Origin: Minisyncoccota bacterium
Lineage (GTDB): Bacteria > Patescibacteriota > Minisyncoccia > Moranbacterales > UBA1568
Direction: 5' to 3'
DNA length: 64,000 nt
Assembly: GCA_051306005.1 (NCBI GenBank)
Contig: JBPPMJ010000003.1
Span: 329,171 to 393,170 of the forward strand
In this document: piece by piece, positions 9,924-19,548 of the stretch
Layout of the letters: each line of letters starts with the position of its first letter
Numbering within the stretch: the first letter of the stretch is position 1
The notes under the pieces: model-generated
The model's database searches: none
Told to the model about the DNA's origin: nothing
The model's input: the letters and a program-made list of their open reading frames with translations, nothing else
Translations under genes and position numbers: made by a program

Positions 9924-12029
9924 ATGTCACTGGAACATCTTTTCTCACCACGATCTATTGCTGTCATCGGCGCTTCCACGACATCTGGAAGTGTTGGTCA
10001 TACCTTAACTGCCAATCTACTCGCCAATGGCTATGCTGGAACACTTTTTCTCGTTAATCCAAAGACTGATACGCTTTTTGACCGTCCTTGTTATCCAAAC
10101 ATTTCTGCCATACCTGAAACGGCTGATCTGGCGATTATCATCGTACCAGCGCTTCTTGTCATAACGGTTTTACAGGAATCTGCTCAAAAGGGTATTAAAA
10201 ATATCATCATCATTTCTGCTGGTTTCAAAGAAAGTGATGAGGCAGGGAAAAGGCGGGAATTGGAAATCATCGCCATTGCCAAAGAATATGATCTAACGAT
10301 TTTGGGACCAAACTGTCTTGGTTTTTTACGTCCTACCATTGGTCTCAACGCTTCTTTTGCTCCACGTCTGCCAAAAAAAGGCGAGATCGCTTTTTTCTCT
10401 CAGAGCGGTGCATTATGTACTGCTCTCTTGGATATTTGTGATCAAAATATCGGCTTTTCACATTTCATCAGTACTGGCAATAAGGCTGTTGTTGACGAAA
10501 ATACACTACTCTCTTTTCTTGCTCAAGACAATACCATAAAATTGCTTGGTTTTTATTCTGAGGGTATTGAAAACAGCACGCGCTTTATTGAAACTGGACG
10601 TGCTTTATTGACTCGGGTCACCCCACTGCCAGTCATTGTTCTCAAGTCAGGCACTACTTCAGCTGGCACTCAAGCTTCTCGCTCACATACTGGTGCACTC
10701 GCTGGTAGTGATATCGCCTATGAGGCGCTCTTCAAACAGGCGCGCATGATTCGTGCCAAAAGCCTCGAGCATCTTTTAAATTTTCTCACCGTTTTTTCTA
10801 AAAATAACTTACCAAAAGGAAACCGCATCGGTATCGTCACCAACGCTGGAGGACTGGGTGTTTTGGCTGTAGATAATGCTTCTTTCCATGGTTTGGAGAT
10901 GGCTGTTTTTGCACCAGAGACGGAGGCTAAATTACAAGGACTTCCTGTATCTGCCAATATTCACAATCCAGTCGATGTGTTGGGTGACGCATTGGCAGAT
11001 CGTTATCGTCTTGCCATAGATACGTTGATTGATGCCGAAGAAGTAGATATGCTCCTCATCATTGTCACTCCGCAAAAAATGACACAGGCAAAAGAGACTG
11101 CTCAAGCTATTGTTGATGCCAAGCAACATTCCAATAAACCACTCGTAGCCGTATTCTCGGGTGCCACATCGTTATCTGAAGGAATCGATCTTCTTCAACA
11201 TCATCAAGTAGCCACCCTTACGTATCCGGAGGCTGGTGCTGAAGCTTTGGCTGGTCTTGCCAAAATACAGACTTGGCGCCATAACGACTTCAGAACTCCA
11301 TTTATCTTTGACCACATTGACACGCAAACAGTACGAGAAATTATTGATTCGGCCCGACAGCATAATCAAACTACTCTGTCCCCCACGCAAGTCTCGGCTA
11401 TTCTGCGAGCTTATGGCTTCCCCGTTATTCAAGAAAAACTCGTGACTAGCGCCGAAGAAGCTTTGGCGGTAACCAAACATTTTGCTGTACCGACGGTTTT
11501 CAAAATTGTTTCTCCGGACATTATTCACAAATCAGATGTTGGTGGCGTCATACTTGATGTCTCTCCGGAATCCGGTGCTGATACGTATCAAAAGCTTATG
11601 ACACAAGTGGCCACCAATGCCCCGACAGCATCTATTACCGGCATACTCATTGCAGAAATGATTTCTGCTGATTCTGGTCAAGAGATTATCTTAGGTCTGA
11701 AAAAAGAGCCAGGACTGGGAACACTTGTATTAACAGGTCTTGGAGGTATCTTTGTAGAAACATTTCAAGACATCGCGATGCGTTTCGCTCCCCTCACACA
11801 AGAAGATGCCCAAGAAATGCTCACCGAGCTTCGAAGCTATCCTCTGTTCACAGGAGTGCGCGGACAGACGGGCATTCATATTGCAACACTCGTCAATCTT
11901 ATCGGTCGCTTGTCACAATTGGCAATAGATTTTCCAGAAATAGTCGAGTTGGATATCAATCCTGTTCTCGCCTTTGCGGAAACGGAAAAATTTCGTGTCA
12001 TTGATGCTCGTATTGTCCTATCATCCTGA
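9924..12029 (+). CDS. Acetate--CoA ligase (ADP-forming), fused alpha/beta
   Basis: PRSIAVIGAS CoA-binding motif, GPNCLG, SQSGAL, SHTGALAG (phospho-His), ATP-grasp HKSDVGGV and ELDINP; no GNAT domain. Confidence 0.9.
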   Translation: MSLEHLFSPRSIAVIGASTTSGSVGHTLTANLLANGYAGTLFLVNPKTDTLFDRPCYPNISAIPETADLAIIIVPALLVITVLQESAQKGIKNIIIISAGFKESDEAGKRRELEIIAIAKEYDLTILGPNCLGFLRPTIGLNASFAPRLPKKGEIAFFSQSGALCTALLDICDQNIGFSHFISTGNKAVVDENTLLSFLAQDNTIKLLGFYSEGIENSTRFIETGRALLTRVTPLPVIVLKSGTTSAGTQASRSHTGALAGSDIAYEALFKQARMIRAKSLEHLLNFLTVFSKNNLPKGNRIGIVTNAGGLGVLAVDNASFHGLEMAVFAPETEAKLQGLPVSANIHNPVDVLGDALADRYRLAIDTLIDAEEVDMLLIIVTPQKMTQAKETAQAIVDAKQHSNKPLVAVFSGATSLSEGIDLLQHHQVATLTYPEAGAEALAGLAKIQTWRHNDFRTPFIFDHIDTQTVREIIDSARQHNQTTLSPTQVSAILRAYGFPVIQEKLVTSAEEALAVTKHFAVPTVFKIVSPDIIHKSDVGGVILDVSPESGADTYQKLMTQVATNAPTASITGILIAEMISADSGQEIILGLKKEPGLGTLVLTGLGGIFVETFQDIAMRFAPLTQEDAQEMLTELRSYPLFTGVRGQTGIHIATLVNLIGRLSQLAIDFPEIVELDINPVLAFAETEKFRVIDARIVLSS

Positions 12030-12114
12030 TGTTTTTTAGAAAACATCATATTATTCATAGAAAAGCTTCAAAGAAAAAAGGCTAATGAAATATTTCATTA
12101 GCCTTTTGAGTACC

Positions 12115-12573
12115 TCATGTGGGAGGCATGTATTGCACACTCCGCAAAAAACGCAACAACTCTTCTTCATCCATGGTCACTTGGACAAGGCCTGTGCCAC
12201 GGATAGTGTAATGATCTTTGTCTTCTATCCACACCACATACTCTGCAATCTCTGCAATTTCAGACGTGACGATCGACGTAGAACGCCAGCCTTCCAAATC
12301 TAACACTTTCACAATGCTCTGTAATTGCTGTTCTTGGGTGTTTTTTTCAATTAAAAACGTCACTTGATGATGATTGTTCATCAGACGTATTTCGTCAGAC
12401 GCGGGAAATTCAATATCAATTGCCCGCAGAAATACGACAATGATCACGAAGATGACCAAGATTACTGCGAGGGTTATACAGAATGCTTTTTGCATTGTGT
12501 GAAAAAGCATTTCCCTACGCAATACTACTCTCTTTTTGTTGAAAACCGCCATGGAAACAGGCTGTTTTTTCAT
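12115..12573 (-). CDS. Hypothetical single-TM protein
   Basis: 152-aa ORF with one hydrophobic segment, GGAG SD and upstream promoter. Confidence 0.6.
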   Translation of the reverse strand: MKKQPVSMAVFNKKRVVLRREMLFHTMQKAFCITLAVILVIFVIIVVFLRAIDIEFPASDEIRLMNNHHQVTFLIEKNTQEQQLQSIVKVLDLEGWRSTSIVTSEIAEIAEYVVWIEDKDHYTIRGTGLVQVTMDEEELLRFLRSVQYMPPT

Positions 12574-12627
12574 CGCGTATTACTCCTTTAGTAAACGATA
12601 TTTAAAAATGTAAAAGTACTTTTTGAC

Positions 12628-12656
12628 ATAATAGCATAAATAATGATTTTAGTCAA
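12628..12656 (-). promoter_or_regulatory. sigma70-type promoter (TTGACT-17-TATTAT)
   Basis: Minus strand ttgact-aaaatcattatttatgc-tattat. Confidence 0.5.
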
Positions 12657-12693
12657 TAGCTATTCAACTTCACTATTATGGCACCCTCTCTCT

Positions 12694-13908
12694 TTATTTC
12701 TGTATCACCTGCGTATACATGGCTATCAACTGAGAAGTAAAAAAGGCTGGTTGAAGGTCGCTGACACTCTCCCGTGCTCGCTGACGAAGAATGGCAACAG
12801 GCAAAGAATCCAGAGAACGTATCGTATCCACCAATGCCTGTTCATCAGACGCAGGATACAATAAACCATTCACTCCATGCGTGATACGCTCCGTCATACC
12901 ACCCTGATTGGCAGCAATGACCAAACATCCTGATTGCAAACTCTCAATCAGTGTATACGGAAAATTCTCATACCACTGAGAAGGAATCAATATCGCTTCA
13001 GCCCGCTGTTTCAAAGATTCCAATTCCACACCATATCGTACTCCAAAAAAAATCACTCTTTCTGTCAAATGATATGTCCGTACCAACGCTTCAAGAGATT
13101 TGCGTTCTGGTCCATCCCCAACAATCCAGAGTTTCACATCCGTATCGAGATGTGTCAGAACGCGCAATAACATATCAACACCTTTTTCTCTTGAAAGTCT
13201 CCCAAAGAAGAGTAATGTCTTTTTTTCTCGTATAGGAGGCATTGATATCAGTGAATTTCCAACAACAGGATTAGGTAATAAGCGTATTTGATCCGTGAAT
13301 CCATGTTGCCGATATATATCAATCAAAAATTGACTAGGCGAAATAAAAACATCAACCTTCTTATAACTGCCAATACATCGATGTAACCACTGTTCAATGA
13401 CACAAACAAGACTTTTGGTAAAAGAATCTTTAACACAACGATCCAGTAAACAACGAATTCCGGATCCATGATTCCATATCCTGCCTCGAACAAATAAACT
13501 GTAATTTGGTGAAATGAGCTTATAATCATGTAATGTCATCACAATAGGTACTTTTCTTTTTTTCAGTGCCCACAAAATAGATGGGGACAACTGATGATAA
13601 ATATTATGCACATGGGCAACATCAGGTTGAAATTCCTTCAATAACACATCTAATTTACGCATTGCATCAATATTGAACCAAATTTTTCCTATCAGAGAAA
13701 AACGTCGAAATAATGAAATAGATTTCTCTTGATATTCAATATTTTCAATAAAGTACTTCTGCCATGGCGTCGAAACATTGGCTCGATGTTGCATAGAAAA
13801 AAAGGCCACAGAATGTCCTTGACCGATCAACATCTGAGCCATATCAAAATACGCTCGCTCAGCACCACCCTTCAAAAAATGATATTTATTGATGAGAAGA
13901 ATCTTCAT
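12694..13908 (-). CDS. GT4-family glycosyltransferase
   Basis: MKILLINKYHFLKGGAE, TLHDYKL, GRLSREKG and ENFPYTLIES motifs. Confidence 0.92.
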   Translation of the reverse strand: MKILLINKYHFLKGGAERAYFDMAQMLIGQGHSVAFFSMQHRANVSTPWQKYFIENIEYQEKSISLFRRFSLIGKIWFNIDAMRKLDVLLKEFQPDVAHVHNIYHQLSPSILWALKKRKVPIVMTLHDYKLISPNYSLFVRGRIWNHGSGIRCLLDRCVKDSFTKSLVCVIEQWLHRCIGSYKKVDVFISPSQFLIDIYRQHGFTDQIRLLPNPVVGNSLISMPPIREKKTLLFFGRLSREKGVDMLLRVLTHLDTDVKLWIVGDGPERKSLEALVRTYHLTERVIFFGVRYGVELESLKQRAEAILIPSQWYENFPYTLIESLQSGCLVIAANQGGMTERITHGVNGLLYPASDEQALVDTIRSLDSLPVAILRQRARESVSDLQPAFFTSQLIAMYTQVIQK

Positions 13909-13962
13909 TGACTTTTATTAAAACTATGTTATTCTACTCTACATAAGATATTTATACAAGGT

Positions 13963-14622
13963 ATGAAATTTCCGCATCCCCTTGGACGATTGATAGCCCT
14001 CATTTCTGAACACAGTCGTCAAAAAAAATATCAGCAATTTTTATCATTTTTTCAGCCAAACGAGCAGACTACTATTGTCGATATCGGCGTCAATACGACT
14101 GAATATTCTTCTGTGGATAATTTTCTTGAAAAACACTATCCTTATCCGCGCAACATCACGGCTGTTTCACAAAATGACCCGACATTTTTTCAACAACGTT
14201 ATCCAGAGATTGCCATTATACAGGCCGATGGTCGTTTTCTTCCTTTTCCTGAAAATCATTTTGATATCGCTTATTCAAATGCCGTCATTGAGCATGTCGG
14301 AACACGTTCCGATCAAATCCTCTTTCTTCAAGAACTCTGGCGTGTCAGCAAGGCAGGATACCTCACAACACCCAACCGTCATTTCCCCATTGAAGTACAT
14401 ACGCGTATACCAATTCTTCATCTTATCCTACCCAAAAAATATTTTGAAATATTTCTCTGTTTTATCGGCAAAAAATGGGCGACAAATGGCTATATGGAAC
14501 TTCTCTCGGAACATGATATACGCACACTGTTGAATCAGATGGACCTCCATGATTATATGCTTATCAAAAATCGTTTTTTTGGTTATCCGATGACTTTTAC
14601 ACTCCTATGGAAAAAGAATTGA
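13963..14622 (+). CDS. Class I SAM-dependent methyltransferase (Methyltransf_11-like)
   Basis: IVDIG motif I, ADGRFLPFPENHFD, SNAVIEHV and TTPNR motifs. Confidence 0.85.
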   Translation: MKFPHPLGRLIALISEHSRQKKYQQFLSFFQPNEQTTIVDIGVNTTEYSSVDNFLEKHYPYPRNITAVSQNDPTFFQQRYPEIAIIQADGRFLPFPENHFDIAYSNAVIEHVGTRSDQILFLQELWRVSKAGYLTTPNRHFPIEVHTRIPILHLILPKKYFEIFLCFIGKKWATNGYMELLSEHDIRTLLNQMDLHDYMLIKNRFFGYPMTFTLLWKKN

Positions 14623-15980
14623 ATCTTGCTTCAGCTCATACGCTACACTCTATATTTTTCGGACTCGGATGCATAACTCTGGGTATCATATTAACATTGT
14701 TTTTTGGCATATCCCCATTTTTATCTTTCTTGGGGGCCATTGGACTTTGCATCCTCTTTCTCTCTCTTTTTAATCCTTTTTTGTTTTTACTTGCTCTGAT
14801 CATCATCAGAATGTCACTGGATTATTCAGCGCAATACTTCTCTCTTACGTTCTTAGATTTTTCCTTTTCCTTATCACAAATTATTGGAATACTGATTGCC
14901 TGTTTCGGTAGTATGGTACTTATATATAGATACAAGGCGCTTCCCCAATTTCCTCTTTTCTTCCCCTTTCTTCTTATTTTTCTATGGGGATTATTAACAC
15001 TGATATACTCTATCACCCCACAAAGAACAGCTCAAGAATTACTGCGCTTTTTTGATATTTTTACTCTCTCTTTTTTAGCCTTCTTGACTGTTAAAAGCAA
15101 AACTGACTTTCAAAAGATACTTTCTGCCTTTTTTCTTTCAACACTTGTACCAATTATTTTTGCATTGTATCAATTTATTTTTTCCATTGGTTTTCAAGAT
15201 GAAAGCGTGACTGTACCGCGTATCTTTGGCACATTTAGCCACCCAAATGTTTTTAGTTTATATCTTTTTACGGTGATTGTTTTCGCTTTTCTTGCTTTAA
15301 CCATCGAAAAAAAATCTCTTACGCGACGCATGCTCGTGACTTTACTCCTTATCGTTCTTATCCTAACATTACTTTTGACATTTGCTCGTGTCGCTTGGGT
15401 GACGCTGTTCTTTTTCGGCTTCTGTGTTGCGCTCTTTCGTTATCGTATGACGCTTATTCCCCTTATTCTTTTTCCTCTTATCCTCTTTGTTTTTTCGGAA
15501 ACATTTCAAGCACGTATTCAAGGAAGTCTTACCGTAACTCCAGATAGCTCCATTGTTTGGAGACAAAATCTTTGGAGTGACGTCACTGCCAAATCCGTAC
15601 AAGATGGCGGATTCTTATTTGGATCCGGTATGGATACGTTTTCTATTGTTTCAGAGAGTCTGCGTGGTACACGTCTGGGATCCAACGACCCTCATAATGA
15701 TTTCGTAAAGTTTTTTGTTGAAGGCGGTTTGGTCGGAGTTATTGTTTACTGTATCTATTTACTTAGTATTCTTGTGCTTCTTATCTCTTACTATCGCCGA
15801 AACAAAACAGATATCTATTTCCACGTCACTTTTGGTATACTCATAATACTTTTTGTGAGTCTACAAATCGCCAGTCTTTCCGATAATGTCTTCAAAAATA
15901 CACCGGTGCAATGGCTATTCTTTATAGCGCTTGGCAGTATTTTTGGTTTGTACAAAACAAAGTATACAAAAAATATATAA
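14607..15980 (+). CDS. O-antigen ligase/Wzy_C family membrane protein
   Basis: About 12 TM segments; RIFGTFSHPN, TFARVAW, GSG and PHNDF motifs. Confidence 0.85.
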   Translation: MEKELNLASAHTLHSIFFGLGCITLGIILTLFFGISPFLSFLGAIGLCILFLSLFNPFLFLLALIIIRMSLDYSAQYFSLTFLDFSFSLSQIIGILIACFGSMVLIYRYKALPQFPLFFPFLLIFLWGLLTLIYSITPQRTAQELLRFFDIFTLSFLAFLTVKSKTDFQKILSAFFLSTLVPIIFALYQFIFSIGFQDESVTVPRIFGTFSHPNVFSLYLFTVIVFAFLALTIEKKSLTRRMLVTLLLIVLILTLLLTFARVAWVTLFFFGFCVALFRYRMTLIPLILFPLILFVFSETFQARIQGSLTVTPDSSIVWRQNLWSDVTAKSVQDGGFLFGSGMDTFSIVSESLRGTRLGSNDPHNDFVKFFVEGGLVGVIVYCIYLLSILVLLISYYRRNKTDIYFHVTFGILIILFVSLQIASLSDNVFKNTPVQWLFFIALGSIFGLYKTKYTKNI

Positions 15981-15984
15981 AAAG

Positions 15985-16026
15985 ACCTCCAAGTTTTTTC
16001 TGCAATAGCAGAAAAAACTTGGAGGT
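15985..16026. terminator. Perfect 19-bp hairpin between convergent genes, probable bidirectional terminator
   Basis: acctccaagttttttctgc-aata-gcagaaaaaacttggaggt. Confidence 0.7.
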
Positions 16027-16038
16027 TAAATCAATCTT

Positions 16039-16653
16039 TTATTTTCGATAGCAGAATTTTTTATAGTATTCTGCATATTTGGTAACCTCGTCCGCATTAG
16101 CAATGCGACCATCAGTTACAAATATAGAGGCCGTGTCCTGATGTGGCATCTGCGGACAGGAAAGTTGGACCCTGGCATTCTCCGGATGAGCAACCCATCC
16201 TACCTGTTTATCTCCGAGCACCAAGACTGGCACAAGAGCAAAAACAGCATTCTTGGTGGTTGCACCGGTACTGATTTCAACAGTAGCACTGCCGTCAGGT
16301 TCAATGGGGGCGCAGGCACGCGTCTCCCAGTCACTGCCAACACCTCTCCAGCACAGCTGGGTCTTTTTATACAATTGGTAGTTGGAAGCCACGGCGACCA
16401 CGTGAACGACTCCTTTTCCAGAATCATCGGCCGTGTTCAAGCCGACTACCCCTTTTGGTGGTGTCTCGTTCAGATAGACCACTTTGATTTCTTTCAGGAT
16501 CAAGGCAAACTGTCCTGGAGTACCTGGAACAATCTCCACCATGGATGATGATCCGCCTCCAACGCTGGCATGTACATTGTCGGGATGGAATTGTCCTGCC
16601 CACGTCAAGGCGGAAAAAAGGCAAAGAAACAAGATAGAGAATAGCGGTTTCAT
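16039..16653 (-). CDS. Hypothetical secreted protein
   Basis: GGAGG SD before ATG 16653; signal peptide MKPLFSILFLCLFSALTWA; four Cys in the mature part. Confidence 0.75.
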   Translation of the reverse strand: MKPLFSILFLCLFSALTWAGQFHPDNVHASVGGGSSSMVEIVPGTPGQFALILKEIKVVYLNETPPKGVVGLNTADDSGKGVVHVVAVASNYQLYKKTQLCWRGVGSDWETRACAPIEPDGSATVEISTGATTKNAVFALVPVLVLGDKQVGWVAHPENARVQLSCPQMPHQDTASIFVTDGRIANADEVTKYAEYYKKFCYRK

Positions 16654-16716
16654 TTGAAACCCTCCTTTAAAACTATTGTTAAAAAACTCCTGTTTAATAT
16701 TTCTATTAAACATTTC

Positions 16717-16745
16717 ATTATACTCCTAAAACTTTATTTTGTCAA
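16717..16745 (-). promoter_or_regulatory. Consensus sigma70 promoter (TTGACA-17-TATAAT)
   Basis: Minus strand ttgaca-aaataaagttttaggag-tataat. Confidence 0.7.
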
Positions 16746-16805
16746 CATTATGTATAGTGAACAATATATGTATCAGATTTCATAGTATGTGGTATACAGC
16801 AGTAT

Positions 16806-16845
16806 AAAAAAAACGGCGAGAGATGTGTGTTCACATCTTCGCCGT
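16806..16845 (-). terminator. Intrinsic terminator downstream of the LysM gene
   Basis: Stem acggcga..gatgtg/cacatc..tcgccgt followed on the minus strand by a T8 run. Confidence 0.65.
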
Positions 16846-16966
16846 CAAAATGTTTGCTACTGTTCATTCTCTTTTCTCGACTGCCAGGTCAGTACGTATC
16901 CATAAAGGACCGATACTCTTTTTATATTACTCTGGCGAGTAAGAAAGAAAACAAACATCTGATCAC

Positions 16967-18484
16967 TTACAGTGTCGGCACCATGATGATGCCATGATGC
17001 AGATTTTCCACTTGTCCAGAACGATGGTTTTTACGAACGAGCTCGAAGCCACGCATTATATCAATCCACCATCCCCAAGCCTGTACCTTGTTACCCGACT
17101 TGAAGTCCTTGTCAAAACCAATGCCTACGCCCATGATACGATTGGCATCAGTCAATCCAATACGGAAACTCCCTGATTCCGCTGCCGGTTTTTCCAAGAA
17201 ATATCCAAGCTGTGTGTACAATTCGAACCACTGTCCGGAGTACAGGTACTGCCGAACACCGAGGTTCAAGTAACTGTCAAGCTGAGAGAGGTCTTTCGTA
17301 TCCTCAATAGGTTGACCCTGCCACGAATGCTCAGCATCAGTCGAAAACGGAAATAATAATACTCCAAACAACTGTGTTTCCGCCAACAACTTTTTGCCTG
17401 CCATACGCCTTTGATAGTTATTATAGGCAACAGAAGGGCCCGTGACACCAAACTCCCGATGACTCTTATAGTCTCCTTGTTTGAATTTTTCTTCCAAACT
17501 TCCAAAGAGCCACTTCATCTCTACATCCCAGCCTTGGTCCGCGATATACTCATATGCTGGTCCGATGGCCAATAGACCACCACTGTATTTGCCAAGACCC
17601 TGATTGACCAGACCTTCCCACCATGATGCCTGCATGCCGATGCCTACACCATGAGTGCCAGTTTTCCCCCGCCACGTGCAATATACAGCTGAAGAAAGGA
17701 ACGTCGAGTGACTTTTATTGCCACCGTCATGTTCTGGCTCATACTCTTGCCCCAAGACTGATTTCAAATCTAGAGGACAATGTGACGACTCCTCCTCTTT
17801 CTCCTCTGCAATTGGCATCTGCACCTCGGGCACAATCAGTACCTCTGGCGCCACTTCAGTCACCACCACAGGAGGCGGTATCACAATAGGCTTGACCCTC
17901 CGCATAACTGCAATGTTACCGCACTTATAAGGCACGGCGATTTCGGTCCCATCGGAAAGCTGAATCACGAGGCCTAGCTCTTGTTGAGCTCCTTCTTCTG
18001 CTGTGCACAACCGCACATCCCGCAGAAGTTTTGGTTGCTTTCCAGACCCAAAGACCATATCGTACCGAGCATTGTCTGGTAACACCATGTTATACTCGGC
18101 AACTTCTTCAAAAAACACTTTCTGAATCAGCTCCTCTTTCATCGCTTGGCTGATTGGCAACACGGCGATGCCCTTTCGCATCCGCTCTTTGTCGAGCGAC
18201 GGATTGAAAGGAGAAACTCCTAATGTCACACATTCCTTACGAGAGGCGATATGAGAGACCACTGACAGAGCACTGACCTTTTCTGGAACGGTCAAGACCT
18301 GTCCCACTCGAATGGAATTGCAATTTGTGAGGTTATTGACCGCACAGGCCGCTTTCCATTCTTTTCCAAAAAGCTCTTCCAGAGTATCTCCCGGCTTTAC
18401 GACCACTGTAGTGGCATGAGCATGGAACACCCAGAGAGCGCACAAAACTCCTATGAGGAGTCTCCACACTTGTTGCATTTTCAT
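16967..18484 (-). CDS. Secreted LysM-domain protein with Pro/Val linker and a beta-strand-rich C-terminal domain
   Basis: Signal peptide ending AHA; VVKPGDTL...NNL...IRVGQVLTVP LysM; GGAGG SD. Confidence 0.8.
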   Translation of the reverse strand: MKMQQVWRLLIGVLCALWVFHAHATTVVVKPGDTLEELFGKEWKAACAVNNLTNCNSIRVGQVLTVPEKVSALSVVSHIASRKECVTLGVSPFNPSLDKERMRKGIAVLPISQAMKEELIQKVFFEEVAEYNMVLPDNARYDMVFGSGKQPKLLRDVRLCTAEEGAQQELGLVIQLSDGTEIAVPYKCGNIAVMRRVKPIVIPPPVVVTEVAPEVLIVPEVQMPIAEEKEEESSHCPLDLKSVLGQEYEPEHDGGNKSHSTFLSSAVYCTWRGKTGTHGVGIGMQASWWEGLVNQGLGKYSGGLLAIGPAYEYIADQGWDVEMKWLFGSLEEKFKQGDYKSHREFGVTGPSVAYNNYQRRMAGKKLLAETQLFGVLLFPFSTDAEHSWQGQPIEDTKDLSQLDSYLNLGVRQYLYSGQWFELYTQLGYFLEKPAAESGSFRIGLTDANRIMGVGIGFDKDFKSGNKVQAWGWWIDIMRGFELVRKNHRSGQVENLHHGIIMVPTL

Positions 18485-18604
18485 CTGAACCTCCTGAGCC
18501 TACTGTGGCTCGCTGACATCGTATCATCTTTGAGCCACCTTTGAAGCGACTCACACATACGTATTCACAACGCCTGTTGAGTCAATGCATATCAAACACC
18601 CGAT

Positions 18605-19426
18605 TCAGTGATAACAATCATGACTTGTGACTGTACGTACATTTTGAATAGCAGCCAGTGCCAAGGTAATCGTTACCAAGCCAGGTGTCACAGGAGCTGT
18701 CCCACAAGACACCAAGCGGTCTACAGGATGCTCTGCGCTAGTAAAGTTTCTCAATACTAGCAGTGTATCTGGCCTGCCGGAATACACCATGGAACCTATT
18801 CGTAGTCGTTGATTGAACAAAGACTCCAATTCATCGAAAAACAACTTTCCTGAAGGATCCTTCCTTTCCATACGCACAACTTGCGTCAGTGGTGATGGAT
18901 GTTGCTGAAAAAATCCAGATGGGAGAGATTTCGTGATTGGCACGGTTATTTTTTCACCCATGGTAGTCATCATCCATGATGTGTCCATCGAAACGATGAC
19001 CATGTTTTGCTTCGCAGGCTTCATGTCTGCTGGCAATAAGATGAAAAATCCAGTGAGCGCTGGGTTGATGATGGCATCAGCCATACCAACCAACCGTTCG
19101 TTTTGATAAAAAAGCGCGCGAAACACCAATTTTTCAATCGGCTTTCGCAACTTTTTACCATCCTCAAATGTTTTTATGTACGTACGCTTCGTATCCACCA
19201 CCTCATCGCGCCAATAAGACGGCAATGGATCTGGTAACGAAACATATGCCACGTCTACGCCATCGAGAATTGAAACGTTGCCAGTAATAACCATTGTGTG
19301 CCATGGCTCCTGACGAGCGATTGATTCCTTTGGTTGCACACTAAATCCAGACTGAGTGCCCATCGTCGTGGTACAGCCAGACAAGAAAACACACAATACA
19401 ATGAGCATCAACAATGATGTTCTCAT
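18605..19426 (-). CDS. Hypothetical lipoprotein
   Basis: GAGGAG SD; lipobox FLSG-C. Confidence 0.75.
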   Translation of the reverse strand: MRTSLLMLIVLCVFLSGCTTTMGTQSGFSVQPKESIARQEPWHTMVITGNVSILDGVDVAYVSLPDPLPSYWRDEVVDTKRTYIKTFEDGKKLRKPIEKLVFRALFYQNERLVGMADAIINPALTGFFILLPADMKPAKQNMVIVSMDTSWMMTTMGEKITVPITKSLPSGFFQQHPSPLTQVVRMERKDPSGKLFFDELESLFNQRLRIGSMVYSGRPDTLLVLRNFTSAEHPVDRLVSCGTAPVTPGLVTITLALAAIQNVRTVTSHDCYH

Positions 19427-19548
19427 GATTTTACTCCTCAAATTTCAAATTGTTAAAAAACTATCCCTACTCAGAAGAAAAAAATACTCCACTGAAAAGT
19501 CTTGTAACTTTTTCTTCTCAAAAGGCACGATAACAATTTTTTAAACTA

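Noticed and set aside
9924-12029. Protein lysine acetyltransferase (Pat/YfiQ)
   Set aside because: No GNAT domain, and the catalytic His (SHTG) is retained, so an ADP-forming acyl-CoA ligase is the better call.
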